A DNA stretch of 64,000 nucleotides, from the NCBI GenBank assembly GCA_028534125.1, contig CM052816.1:8062001-8126000 (forward strand), in the 5' to 3' direction. Below the pieces are notes generated by a model that was not told the origin of the DNA, made no database searches, and worked only from the letters and a program-made list of their open reading frames with translations. Below, piece after piece: positions 26,409-39,187 of this stretch. Both the position numbers and the translations under genes were made by a program. The first letter of the stretch is position 1, and each line of letters opens with the position of its first letter. The stretch comes from Lama glama. Taxonomy: Eukaryota.

Positions 26409-29400
26409 GGTCCGACTACCGCCGCCACCTTCCAAGGAATCCGCCCTCTCCTGCCATTGCACTGGCTTGGTCGCCCAGAGACAAAGCCCCGCTGCCGCCA
26501 CTGCCACTGATCGGGTCCCCCACTGCCCCCCACCGGCTGGGCACCTCCTGTCCTGCGGCCGCCCGTCGCCCTAGGCCGCGCCTCTAGGTATTTGAGCACC
26601 AACTATATACATGCCAGGCACTGGAATTCAGAGAACCCCTGCCCTGCTAGAGCAGGCAAAAATGACCCAGCTGTGGAAACAGGGGCCCAGAGACGCTTAA
26701 AGCTTGCTCGGGGTCACACAGCCTGGACACTACAGAGCTGACATTCGAACCGAGAGAAGAGCAGCCGAAGGCGGAACTGGGCAGAGGGCGGGAGGTGAGC
26801 AGCGGCCTGAGAGGTCCCCGGCCCCCGCAGGCCCCAGAGCGGCGTCCTTCAGCCAGGAAGCTGAAGGAGCGCAGCCAGGCCTTCCACGCCGCCCGCGACG
26901 GCCCCGCCGACCACGCGCGCCTCCCGGGCAAGACGCGCGGCGGGCTCGCGGCCTACCGTCGCTGCTGGTCCGTGCTGCGGTGACATGCTCTTCTGCCTGG
27001 AGGACGCGGCCGGCCGCGAGCCCGTGGGCGTCACCATCCTGGAGGGCTGCACCGTGCACACGGTGGGGGCGGCCGAGGAGTTCGCCTTCGCCGTGCGCTT
27101 CGCCGGGGCCCGGGCCCGCACCTACGTGCCGGCAGCCGAGAGCCAGGCAGCCATGGAGGGCTGGGCTGAAGGCGCTGTGGCGGGCCAGCTTCGACGCCCT
27201 GGCCTGCGGCCGGCGGGGCGAAACCTGCAGCAGCAGCTGGCGGCTGTGCTGGCTGCGCTCAGCCCCGCCCCGCCGCCCCGAAGGGCGCCACCCCCGGCCC
27301 GGGCCGGGGCCGCGGCCGCCCCGCCGCAGTGCCTCTGCACCCAACGGGCCTCAGAACTCGGCCTCCTTCGCCTAGCGGCACGAGTGGTACGGACAGGAGG
27401 TCAGGGCGCTGTGGAGCCAGTGGCTCAGGAGGCAGGCCCCTCCTGAGGGAAATCGGTCAAGGCCAGACCTGAAGTCACCAGGGGTCCTGGATCTCGCGTC
27501 ACCTCAGCCCCAGACCCTGCTGACAGGCGCACCCCTGGGACACTAGGGGACCTGGTCGTGAGGGAAATCTTGCTTAGGGTCAGCCCTGAGGCCCCTGCTG
27601 GGCCTGCTTTCAGGGACTCAAGCTCTTTTAGGACCTCTGTAACTCGGAGAAACCCCAGGCTTGAGGGGGCCATCGTGCCTGATTCTCAAGAGAATCCAGG
27701 CTCTGGATGAGCCTCAAGCAGCCAGAGGGCTGGTTTCCAGGGAAGCGTAGCCCCAAACCCAGCCCTGGGCATGCCTTGGTCGCCTGGCCCCTACCGACCA
27801 GCATAAGCCTGTTACTGGCAATAGGCCTCAACTGGGGCGACTCCAGACTGGTCCTCATGTGGGCAGAGGAGTCTGGGCTCCGCCACACCACAGCTGGGCC
27901 TGATCTCGTTATGCTTGGCCCTCCAGGGGAGCTGTCTTGCTTGGGCCCCTGCCTGCCTCCAGAGGCAGCAGGTGCAGGAGGTGGCACAGGCGTGGGTCTT
28001 CATGCGTGACCAGTACGGTGAGATCGCCTGGTCCCCAGGGCTTCTGGAGTGGGGCTGACGCAGGACTTTACCCCGGGGCCTCAGCCAGGCCTTGAGGTGT
28101 GCTTCTGGGACAGTGGTGGCCCTCTGGCCTTGGGCCATTTCTGTGTTCTCTTGGCAGCTCTCATGCTCTCCCAACACTCCTTAACCACACATCCTTCTGT
28201 CTTCTCCTGGAGCCAGCTTTTCGACCCCTGGCCTGGGGAAGGGCCTCTCAGGAGCTCACTTGACCTTGTCCAGTCCTGGGCTGGGCAGCTGTGGCCTGAG
28301 CTGACTTTCCAGCAGGTTCCCCCATGGAGGAGAGGCCATAAGCTGACTCACAGCCCAGAAAGGGCCCAGGTGCCAATCTGATAAGGGCAAAAAAGCAGCT
28401 GCGAAGCCATGTTTGGTTTCCAGAACCCTCTTTCTTCCTATCGCAGCCCTTCTCTGAGCTCACAAACTCAGTCCTCCTCTTACCCACAATGTTCCCACTG
28501 GGAGACCAGGTCTCACTTTGCTTCTAGACAACTGCTACTTCACTGTTTTCACTCAACCGCGGTGGCCATTCTTCATCCAGGGAGAATCTCAGGGGGCTGG
28601 GGCACTCCTGGCCCTCAAGTTGGTCATGTTTACAGTCCTCGGTGCCCCTAAATGGGGACCCCCTGAGGGCACTTCCACCCCAATCTTTATTTCCCCAGAG
28701 GTTTCCTCTTGGTAACAGACTGGGCCCTTGGCCCCTTCCTGCTGTCTTTGGAGACCCCCAGACTTGGGAAAAAATGGGGGGCTGTCTGTGTGTCTGCAAT
28801 CATCAGCTCACTACTGGCTCAGTTGACTGGGGCTTCAGTTTTAATTTAATTTTAATACTTAGGGGTTTTTTTCCCTAGCAATAAGTCTTGGTGTTTTCAC
28901 TGCTTTTGTTTCTTGTTGGCTAGTGGGAAGGGCTAGGGTGCCCTGGTTCCAGGCTTGGCCAGTGGAGGAGGGGGATAGTTGGCACTACCCACAATGAGAG
29001 GACATAGAGCCTTAGATGGAGACAAAGTCACTTCAAGAATCTCACCTGGCTCTTTGCCTTCTCCCTGGCAAGCCCTGCTCTCCTGCAGGTGCCTCTGGGG
29101 GTCTTGGTACACTTCCCATCCCTCTCTTCACCAAGTCCTGAGTGGTGGGGGGTGAGGATGGCAGCTCTTGTCCATAGGCTCTGGGTCTCAGGGGTGTTAG
29201 GGTTAGTGCCCAGTGCCATATCCTGGCCAGACCCAGCTGGTGGTGTGAAGTGTTGGCCCCAGTTCTGATGTAGGTTTACAAGCCCTAAAGGTACAATTCT
29301 ACCCCGCTTCCCCAGCCAAAGCACAACATGGGGTCAGGCTGCCTCTGGAGTTGGGCAGGGGAGAGAGAATAGGCAGCCTGGGAGAGGGATATAAACGCTA

Positions 29401-29433
29401 AAATAAAATAAAAGTTTATCAAGTAAAAAAAAA
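26409..29433 (+). pseudogene. PHETA1: Processed pseudogene (retrocopy) of PHETA1/FAM109A (Sesquipedalian-1, PH-domain adaptor)
   Basis: 26855-27446 translates in shifting frames as (R)KLKERSQAFHAARDGPADHA...AYRRCWSVLR / MLFCLEDAAGREPVGVTILEGCTV...AAEEFAFAVRFAGARARTYVPAAESQAAMEGW / LKALWRASFD / LQQQLAAV / PPRRSASAPNGP..SFA*RHEWYGQEVRALWSQWL, matching my recollection of PHETA1 end to end. The start ATG is AGG (26855), there are several frameshifts, and TAG at 27373 falls in the F&H motif. A ~2 kb 3' UTR has AATAAA at 29402 and 29407, then an A tail at 29425-29433. TSD: aagtgtgttcttgata (26393-26408) / aagtatgctcttgata (29432-29447). Confidence 0.9.
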
Positions 29434-30433
29434 GTATGCTCTTGATAATTTGAAAAGTGTCCTCTTTATATTTGAAAATTCCAGAAATACCCTACATGTT
29501 CAACAACAGAGAACTGGTTAAACAATGATACCACTATACAGAGAAATATGTAGTAACAAAAAAATAGTGCAATATAGGCATTCCAGGTTGCTTGCAAGGA
29601 AGAGGATTGTGTTGCTGGGGACAGAGGTGAGAGGAGTAGGGTGTTTTGTTTTTACCTACTTTTTGATAACTAATTTTTTATTTGTGTGAATGCTTTAATA
29701 TTCAAAATAATAAATGAAATTTTAAATATGTTTTAAAATGTTGTAGAGTTCTATTAGTTGTTATGGGAGGATGTCCACAACATTGTGTGGAAAAATAAAG
29801 TTACCAAATAGCATATAGAATACAATTTCATTTACATAAGATTGAATATTACATACTAAAAATATAGGTACAGATATAAGTATAGAAAGTCATTTCTGGA
29901 ATAATGCTCCAATTTGATAATAGTGGTATCTATAGGAGAAAGAATTTAGAGATGATTTTTACTTTTTGCTACATACCGTTCCGTATTGTGAGGATTGTTC
30001 ATAATAAGCATGGATTTTTTTAAACCATCAAGGAAAAATATTGTAAGGTTATTTTCTTTAAAAAAAAAAAAAAAGGAAGTGGCTCTTCTAAATGTATATG
30101 ATGTTTGGAAAGAACATACACCAAGGAGTTAATAGTGGTGGGTAAGACTGTCATTTCTTTTTTATTTTTTGTTCTCCTTTCTGCCTGTTTCTCTTTTATG
30201 GGTTTTCTGTAAGTAATTACTTTTTGTAAAGGGGAAAGGGAGCACTACATTTAAAAAAAAAATCCTCCCTAAATCGAGCTGCAGTTGTTCAGTGGCATCA
30301 ATCACAGTGCACAAAGGGTTATAGGCTATTTTGCATAATTGCTCATTTTATTAAAAAAATTATATATGTATGTGGTAAGTATATAGTTCATTATGTGGGC
30401 TTTATGTGTATAGGTGTATATGTATATATATAT

Positions 30434-30435
<2 letters not shown>

Positions 30436-30463
<28 letters not shown>
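30436..30463. repeat. (CA)n microsatellite with adjacent TA repeats
   Basis: Direct repeat. Confidence 0.9.
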
Positions 30464-30465
<2 letters not shown>

Positions 30466-30809
30466 TACATAGTCTATTTCTTGGCTCTTCTCCATCTATA
30501 CAGTCTCCCAGTCCGTCAAGGTCCTTAAATATTGTTATTAGAGGGATATACGGAACTAGCTATTAAACATAGGCTTTTAAGTCAGAATTGCAAATTGTGC
30601 ACAGATGTGCAATCTCAGTTAAAAATCCCTTTCTTTAAAAAGTCAAAACAGCATCTATATGATAATTTGGTGAGAGTTAAATGAGGAAATGCATACAAAT
30701 CGCTTAGTCCAGGCTAGCATATAATGGTAGTATTGAATAACTTATTCTTATTTTGCCGAATACACAATAGGTGAAAGTCTACAGCACCGCAGTTTTGTTG
30801 TTGTTGTTC

Positions 30810-31460
30810 ACCTCCGCGCCACGAGATGCGCTGTCGCCTCCAGGCTGAGCAGGCCCAGGGTCAGGGGGACGGAAGTTCTTCTAGCCGCGGCCGCGCCATC
30901 TTAGAACACAGGCTTGCCTCACCAACCGGCTGTGGCTCCTTAATGCCTTCTTAGAGGCAGACCCGCTGGCCGCAACACCAAGCCCCTTAGGCGCTCCTTT
31001 AAGTAAACCGTCTTCTCCAGGGTGTCTAATCTCCTTCCAAACACTAAAGGCGGTGACTTCCGGGAGCCGGCCTCACCCCGTGACCTTACACGTACACTTC
31101 CGGGGGCAGGACGTGACCCGTGACCCCGCCCTCTTCCACTCTCTCTTTCCGGTGGTGGAGTCTGGAGAAGACCATCAGGTAGGAGATCCGGGCGAGGACA
31201 ATCGAGTGGCATCCTGCGGCACGGGGGCTTAGCGGGGCAGTGGTCGCGGAGCTGGGGTCTTTCTGCGGAAGCCAAGTCAGGTACCAGGCGAGAGGAGCAC
31301 GGCCGGCCGACCGAGACTCTAGTTCGCGCCCTGTCTGGGTAGCCGGCGGTCTTGCTTCAGGGAAAGGCGTATAAAGTTGGGGTGAGTTCGGGTCTAACCT
31401 CAAAGGCATAGGCCTCGCTACGACCACAGCCGAATTCAAGCGGCAGCACAGCGTGGTTGG
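30810..31460 (+). promoter_or_regulatory. RPS14: RPS14 CpG-island promoter with a TCT/5'TOP initiator
   Basis: Polypyrimidine initiator ctctctttcc at 31141-31150, ETS/GABP sites ACTTCCGG at 31056 and 31096 and ACGGAAGT at 30869, YY1 motif CGCCATCTT at 30894. Confidence 0.9.
31143..31178 (+). other. RPS14: RPS14 exon 1 (non-coding, 5'TOP)
   Basis: ctctttccggtggtggagtctggag...CAG|GTAGGA donor; start position approximate. Confidence 0.85.
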
Positions 31461-32063
31461 GAAAGAGCGGGGGTCTTAGTCTGATGTGGGCTCCCACCTC
31501 TACTGTGCCAGCTTCTTCCGGTGCGGTTGCAGGCTGGGCTCCTGATTTCTATAGTTTGTTCTCGAATCTGGAAAATAGGAATAGCTGTCGCGTGGGTCCC
31601 ACAGGGATGTAATGTGGATTCAGGAAGGAAATGCAAGGAAAACTGCCGTTTGTTGGGTGCTGCTTAAATCTGAGTGCTAAGTCGGGCACGTTGCAAATTC
31701 TGGGCGCTCAAGGAAGGCCTCTGGAAGCCAGAAATTAGGGTAGGGGCTGCACGTCAATGTTCAGTACCTGCTGTGAACCTATTCCCCCTGAAGGCAGCGA
31801 TGGGGGGCACTCAGAAGTCTTGCCAGGGTGGGTTGGGAGGTGCTGAGGAGGCTTAACTTCCACTAAGAGACACCTAGGAATCCTGGTTGCTGAAGTGTAC
31901 ATGGCTTTGGGAGGCTGGGGGCAGGAGAGCGAATGCTCAGTTGTGTCCCGCGCACCTTTCCCAGAGTAAGTTCTCCCAGAGAAGAAAAGCTTGCGGTTTT
32001 CTTGTAATACTTGGAAAAAGGGGTTCTTGTCCTTAACATTGGGATTCTTTTTCCTTCCCTTAA

Positions 32064-32216
<153 letters not shown>

Positions 32217-32549
32217 TGAGTACCTGGGTGGGCAGAAACCAACTAGCAAAAGCTCGGGTTAGAAACGATCCTGAAACTGAGTGTCAATTTAAGGGGATCT
32301 CTTGAAAGAATTTAAAAGAATATTCAGTTGAGGAAATGTGCTTGGTGGTTTAGTCCACAGATGCTGTTAAGTTTCTAGGCACTGAAGTTTCAAGAGGAAA
32401 GGAAATACATTTGGTGCCCAAGTTTTGGTTTCCTCATACGTAAAATGAGGGTTGGTAGTGCCTGTTTCCTGGTGTAATGGGAAGAATTAAATGAAGGGTT
32501 GGTACAGAGTTTAATTCTTTGAACTCCATCAGGGCAGAGCCCATGGTAG

Positions 32550-32852
<303 letters not shown>

Positions 32853-32914
32853 TAAGGCGGGACTGGGTGGTGAGATCACTGGGCTTGGGCACCAGAGTAC
32901 CTGAATTTGAGGCT

Positions 32915-33171
32915 TGGCAGATATCTCAGTAAAGTGGGTTACATGAATTTTTTTGGTTTCTCAGTGCATATAAATGTTATGTTTTACACTCTTCTGTAGC
33001 CTTTTGAGTGTGCAATAGCTTTATGTCTTAAAAAAGGAAAGCTCTATGTACATACCTTAGTTTAAAAATACTTTAAAAAGTTCTGTCATCTGACAATGGC
33101 GTGTTGCCAGAAACCTTAATTTTGTTAAAGAAAATACAGTTTGTGAAGCTCAGTAAAATGATGTCTGCCTG
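32915..33171 (-). mobile_element. Tigger1-derived non-autonomous DNA transposon in RPS14 intron 3
   Basis: ttttttggtttctcagtgcatataaa...tacataccttag and gttgccagaaaccttaattttg...gtctgcctg resemble the two Tigger1 ends joined by an internal deletion. Confidence 0.65.
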
Positions 33172-34006
33172 TGATTGGTTCCTGCACCCTTCCTTGCTCC
33201 CTCCCCCGCCTCAGCTTACTGTGTTACTTGAGTACTCACTAGGCACTGTGCTCCAGGTACTAGAAGAGAGTGATGGGGGAAGGAAGATATAGTTTCCATC
33301 CTCCTGTGTGGCTCTTAGGCTGGTGGAGAGTCAGACTAAACAATATAGAACAGGGGAGCGGGTGGTTTCTGTTTGTGGCAAGTGTTGGGAAGCAAAAGTG
33401 AGGTGACAGGTTGGTGATAAAGTTTAAACTGAGACCTCAATGTTGTATCAGGAGTTGGTCCTGAGAAGAAAGGACAAGGGAGAGTATTCCAGGCAGAGAC
33501 AACTGGAAGGAAAAGGTCTTGGGGTGGGAATGAGCTTGGCACATCTGTGGGAAAGAATGGCTTGGAGTGTGGTCAGGGAGAGATGCGGGTGAGGGCTTGC
33601 TGGGTCTTGAAGAACCTGGTAAGGATTTGGTCTTTGGTGGGTGGTGAAGGGAATAAAAACTTTTTAATAGTAATGAGCTGATGAGATTAGGGTTTAAGAT
33701 GACTGCTGTGTTGGAAACAGACCACATAGGAAGTTGTTAAAGTGGTCCAGTGGAGAGATGATAGTGTCTTGGTCTTGGGAGGATGAAAATGGGCAGTTCA
33801 TCAAAGAATCATAGCAGGTGACTAGAAGAGGCAAACAGGCTGTCAGCAACAGGGTACAGGCTCTGACCCATGAGGGAAAACTGTAAGTGACCCACTAAGC
33901 CTGGAATATTTACTGCCTGGCCCTTTGCAGAAAATTTGCAGACCTCTGAATTAGAGGGTTGTGGAATCTTAGAATACCCTATGACTTGGCCAAAGGATTT
34001 TAATAA

Positions 34007-34219
<213 letters not shown>

Positions 34220-35018
34220 TAGGTTTGTTAGTGGGGGCTGCAAGAGGTGCTGTATGACAAACTTCCTGAACACCCATGTCACCTTGATGTGAATGTCTTC
34301 CTGCATTGGGACAGCACCTTCTCATTTCTGAACCTCTGCCCAGTGGTGGCTGGTGGAACTAACAGGAGATGTCCTTTTCTGGTGTTCTCAAGGGGGGATA
34401 CTGTTGGCATTTTGTGGGGGCTGTCTCCTGTGTGGTCCTTGACTACTAAGTATCAGTAGGGAGGCCAGTCACTGTGACAGACAAAAATCTGTGGAGGGGG
34501 CAGCAGCCCCCGTGGTTGAGAATCCCAGCAGTTCCCTGTGTTTGTGTAGCACAAACCCTCTTGCTGAGATCTGGCTGCTTACAGCCCTTGCTTTGTTTTG
34601 GTGGCACTGTATGCTGATTCCTCAGTCCAGTGCTCCAGCCCTCTCAACAGGTTTTCATTTCAGAACATTTTTAACCTTTACCTATTAAAAAGGAGAGATT
34701 CTTCAGTTACGCTGGGAGGATTTTTTTCCATCAAAATTAGTGGCCTAGGTGTCAGAAACCTGGATTTGTCACCTGCCTCTGACATTCTATTCAAGTTGCC
34801 TACCCTCTCAGCCTCAGTTTCCCCTTCAGGAAAGTGAGTTCAAACCATATCAGAAATTTTGAGGAAGCAGCAGGTGGGGCAGCTCCACATCCATCTGTTA
34901 TATCCCGAGGACTCCTTGCAAAGCAGCAGGATCCACTGCTGATCTGATAGACCTTGGGAAGCCTGGACCCCTTTTGCATCCAGCTCCAAGCAATGATGTT
35001 TTCTCTTCCTCCCCACAG

Positions 35019-35086
35019 AGGACGTCACCCCCATTCCCTCTGACAGCACCCGCAGGAAGGGGGGTCGCCGCGGTCGCCGTCTGTGA
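35019..35086 (+). CDS. RPS14: RPS14 exon 5, coding part (stop TGA 35084-35086; total CDS 456 nt, 151 aa)
   Basis: (E)DVTPIPSDSTRRKGGRRGRRL*; exon phases are consistent throughout. Confidence 0.99.
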
Positions 35087-35116
35087 ACAGGACTTCTCAA
35101 ATTATGGTTTTCTGTT

Positions 35117-35122
35117 AATAAA
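35117..35122 (+). terminator. RPS14: RPS14 polyadenylation signal
   Basis: AATAAA 30 nt after the stop codon. Confidence 0.9.
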
Positions 35123-38100
35123 TTGCCTTCATGTAAGCTCTTTTGACTCCAGTCTTCTCTCCTTTGTGTAGGGGCCATCCCTTGGGGACATTTGATTCCT
35201 TCCTCCTGTCTACATTTAGCCAGGGTGTGGGACTGACTTGAGGTCATGGGTGCATTGATAAACCAGCAGTCATTTAATAGATTACGTTGCTTCAGAGAAT
35301 GTATGTAACCTGTCAAACAGGAACACAAGAGGTACTCCTCATTCAGTGTCTGCTGTATGTTCTGTGAACTGATCTCCTAGGAGGAGCCTAAGGAGGGGTG
35401 AGAAACTGATGCTGCAGTTGGATCTTTCCTACACTGCTAGTGGTAGCATTAAGTTACCTCAGTCATCTAAAGCAGACCAAGGCCTTGGAGACCTTGTTTT
35501 GAAAGAAGAGGTGTTGGTTCCAAAAATGGACCAATTCTTAAAGAGCCAGAGTGGAGTGGAAACTGTTGAGCCAAGTGTAGCCTGAGCAGAAGAGCCTTCC
35601 AGACATGAGCCGTATATAAACACGTGTGGGTGTATACTCGCCCCCCATACCTTCTGTGCAAAATTGGGAGCGCACTCTATTGCATCTTGCTTTTTCTCAC
35701 TTGGCAGATCTTGGAGGTTGTTCCACATGAGTACATAAAGTACATAAAGATTCAGTCACCCCACAAACACATACCGAGCCCTATTTTCATCTGTGATGGA
35801 AAAGAAAAGTTTTTGCTTTCCGGAAGCTTGCATCCAGCTCCGAGGACCCAGTGGCACCAGATGGTACTGAGTGTTCTGCGAAGAATTAGCCAAGGCCCTG
35901 TGATGGTGACTGCTGTGCTGAGAGGCAAGCTTAATGCTTCATGGTTCTTCGCATAGCATGTTTCAGCACCTCATTCCTTTTTATTACTGAATGACATTCC
36001 ACTTCCTGGATACACAGACCGTATACTTAACAACTCTTCCCACTTGGAAGAGTCCTGGAGAGGTGAGTCTAACCATGGCTCCTGCCAACTACCCTGTGAT
36101 GATAGACAAGTCCTCTTACCAATCTCTTGCTTCATCTTAAAAATGTGATTACCATCTGACGTATAAAATGAATCTGTGCTGATCTAAGTGATTTTAATAA
36201 ATGAACAAGACACAAATCATCCTTATAAAAGGTTCTAAATAGTGTAAGTAGACTCTTCCCCCTTCCAAAAAGTGGAACTTAATTTTCCCTCCCCTTGAGT
36301 AAGGGCTAACCTTACTCACTTTTCCAAAGAATGAAATAGAATATGAAAAGAATAAGGAAGAGGGAAAATGCTAACTTGGCTCTGGAGAGAACTGTCATAT
36401 GCTTCCCTAGCCATAAGGTTCCTGTCGCTTGTGATAGGTCATGTTGACAGTTCTCTGACATAAGATGAGAAGAACCTCTGATGTTTCTGAAAACCCATCC
36501 AATTAGAGGATATTCTACAGCATATCAGCATTTGAATTTAGAAGATATGAAAAGCAAGGACCTAAGACCAGAGGAGCTGAAGGAGGGATGTGATAACAGT
36601 GCAATGCATCCTGGACCAGAAAGGGCATTAGTGCAGAAACATAACATCTGAATCTGGAATCCAATTAGTAATGTACATGTGTTGCTTAGTTTTGACAAAT
36701 GTAAGATATTAATATTAGAGAAAATGGGATGGGTGGTATACAGAAATGCCCTCCCTTTGTAACTTTTTGGTAAATCTCAAAGTATTCCAAAATAAACTTA
36801 CTGGGGTGAAAATGAGGGTGCTTTCCTGCTGTCTATTTTTTAAGGATGTGGTACCTAACTAGAGTTTGGACTCTAACCTTAGCAAGTTAACCTCAGCCAT
36901 TTGGTGAAAATTGCTGTAATAATGGCAGCCTCATAGGATATCACAAGAATTAAATAAGATTAAAGCATTGAGCATAGTGCCTGGCACTGAAGAAGCTGCT
37001 GCTATTATTATGCCTGTACAGTTCTGCCAAGCAACATGAATGACAACTGGCTGGAATCCTGGTAGAAAAATCCTGGCGCTTGCTAGAGCATTCTTTTTAT
37101 TTCCTGTGATGGGACTTTGCAACTTGTCCTGCTGTCTCCTGGTAACCAGGTTTGCAATCAGCCAGGTCTTTGAAAACAGTTAAAGGTTTTGTTTGCAAGT
37201 TGCAAGGAGAGCTAATTTGTGCAGTTTAGGTTGGAGTGTAGCAACCTATTGGCCACTGAGGTGGACAGGGCAGAACTAGATGAACTGTTGCCTGCCTGAG
37301 ACTGCAGACCATGGAAGCCCAACCTTGGCAGGCGAGCCAAGCTGTAAGTGCATCCTCAACCAGTGCCCTAGAGATGGTCCCTGCCTCTCCTGGCTCCTTT
37401 CTCTGACCTGAGTTCCTGAAGCAGCCTCTCTCCTAACAAGTCTCCCTATTTTTCTGGCCCCTGCTTATCCCTAAGCCACACTGCAGCTGTGTGACCTAAA
37501 ATTAATTGGATTATGTCACTCCTCTGCTCATTTACCCCCACCCCTCTTCAGTCTAAAATCTAATCTTGATTCTCCAGTGTTTTATCTGACTCTTCCATAA
37601 CCTTCACCCTCTCACTGCCCAAGCCAAACCTAGTTCCTTTCACTTTTCCAGTTCTTGGTGCCTTCAGTCTTTTGCCCATGCTTCCCCATCCCAGCTTGGC
37701 TCCTTCAGTATCTCCTCTCCCCTATTCCCTCACCACTTTCCGCTCACCTGTTGGAATCTGTTTTTCAGCACTCTCTCAAAGTTATCTTCCTGGATGCCCC
37801 TCAAGTTGCTTCTCCACCCAATTCCCACAGCACCCCTATTCTCCCCGTGGTACCACTGGTCTCCCTCTATTCTAATAGCCTGTTTCCTCACTAATCTTTG
37901 GGAGAGACAGAATGTCTTGTTCAGTGTCTGCCAGCCCAGCACCCAGCCCAGTCTGCACAAGTAGGGGCTCAATAAAGATGTGTTTGATGAATCATTAAGA
38001 GAACAGATGAATGGGCTTCTATCTTCTGTCGTTTAGTCAATTAAATAGTTGAAGGGCTTTTCTAGCTCCTGGATACATTAAAACAAACATGTATCCCTGG

Positions 38101-39187
38101 GATCCAAGGAAGTAAAGAAAATCCGCAGGGGTCCTAAAGAAATGAGAAAAAGGAAATCAAGATGAAATGGAATTAGGGAGCAGAGTTACAGGCAGAGAAA
38201 GCCGGAGTGGCCCTCAGGGCAAATACAGAATCAGTGCCAGGAGGTTAAGCTTAGGCTTCTCAGCCCCAAGGTTAGGGAACTAAACTTGACCTTCATATTG
38301 TTCAGATATCAGGCCTAATGTCCCAGGTAGGAATGTTCCCTAGGCTCTTTGTAGAAACAAAAGCAAGTCTTGGGAGAAAACCATCTACATTTGAGATCTT
38401 GCCTGTTTCTGCTTCCAGTTAGCTTCATTGACCTAGGTGATGGTGTCATGGCTCTCCGCCCAGGAGAATACTTTCGTGGGCATCCTCAGCCTCTTAATAC
38501 AGGATCTGGAAAACCTTTCCCAAAACATGGCCTCAGGGGAGCGTTGTTGACCTTAGATTGTCTAAAGAGAAGATGTGTAAGGGACTTCAAGTAGGTAGAG
38601 TTCTATCTTGAAAGAGGGAGCAGGCAGTCTTGTTGCACGTAGTCCTAAGGTGCCAGTGGGTAGGAGTTGTAGAGAGAGAGATCTAAGCCTTAGGTAAAGA
38701 AGAGTTTTCTAAGAGAGCTGCTAAGGGAATAAAACTGCTTCTGAGAGAGTGATCGCTCCATGATTGGGGGCATACAAGTATAAGCCAGACCCCCAAAGAC
38801 TAGTTACATTAGAAGCTTAGTGTGACAGAGACAGTTGTTCCCCAACGTGCTTCATATTCTGTTGTAAATAGCAGTCTCAATTTTTAGCTGGATGTTTGGT
38901 TGACTAGAATAAAGATTACAGTTCCTAAGTATAGACACCATGCTGTATACTATAGCCCTAGGACTTATTTTATACGGTAAATATCTTAAGGGGACATTCC
39001 CTTTTCTCTAGATACTTGCTTTCAGATCTTTGCTGGGGTCTGTCTGACCTTATCAGATAGTCCTTCCTTGATCACAGATCAATTAATGTTTCTGCCCCCT
39101 GCCCCACCTCTGGCCATCATTCTCAAGCTATGTACCTGCCACATTCATAGCACTTAACCCCACCTGATGTATAGGTCTGTGTCTCCA

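Noticed and set aside
26795..26830. GT...AG pair (gag|gtgagc ... ccccgcag|) just before the PHETA1-like CDS, suggesting a retained intron or a functional gene
   Set aside because: Only 36 nt, too short for a mammalian intron. The lost ATG, frameshifts, in-frame stop, A tail and TSD argue for a retrocopy.
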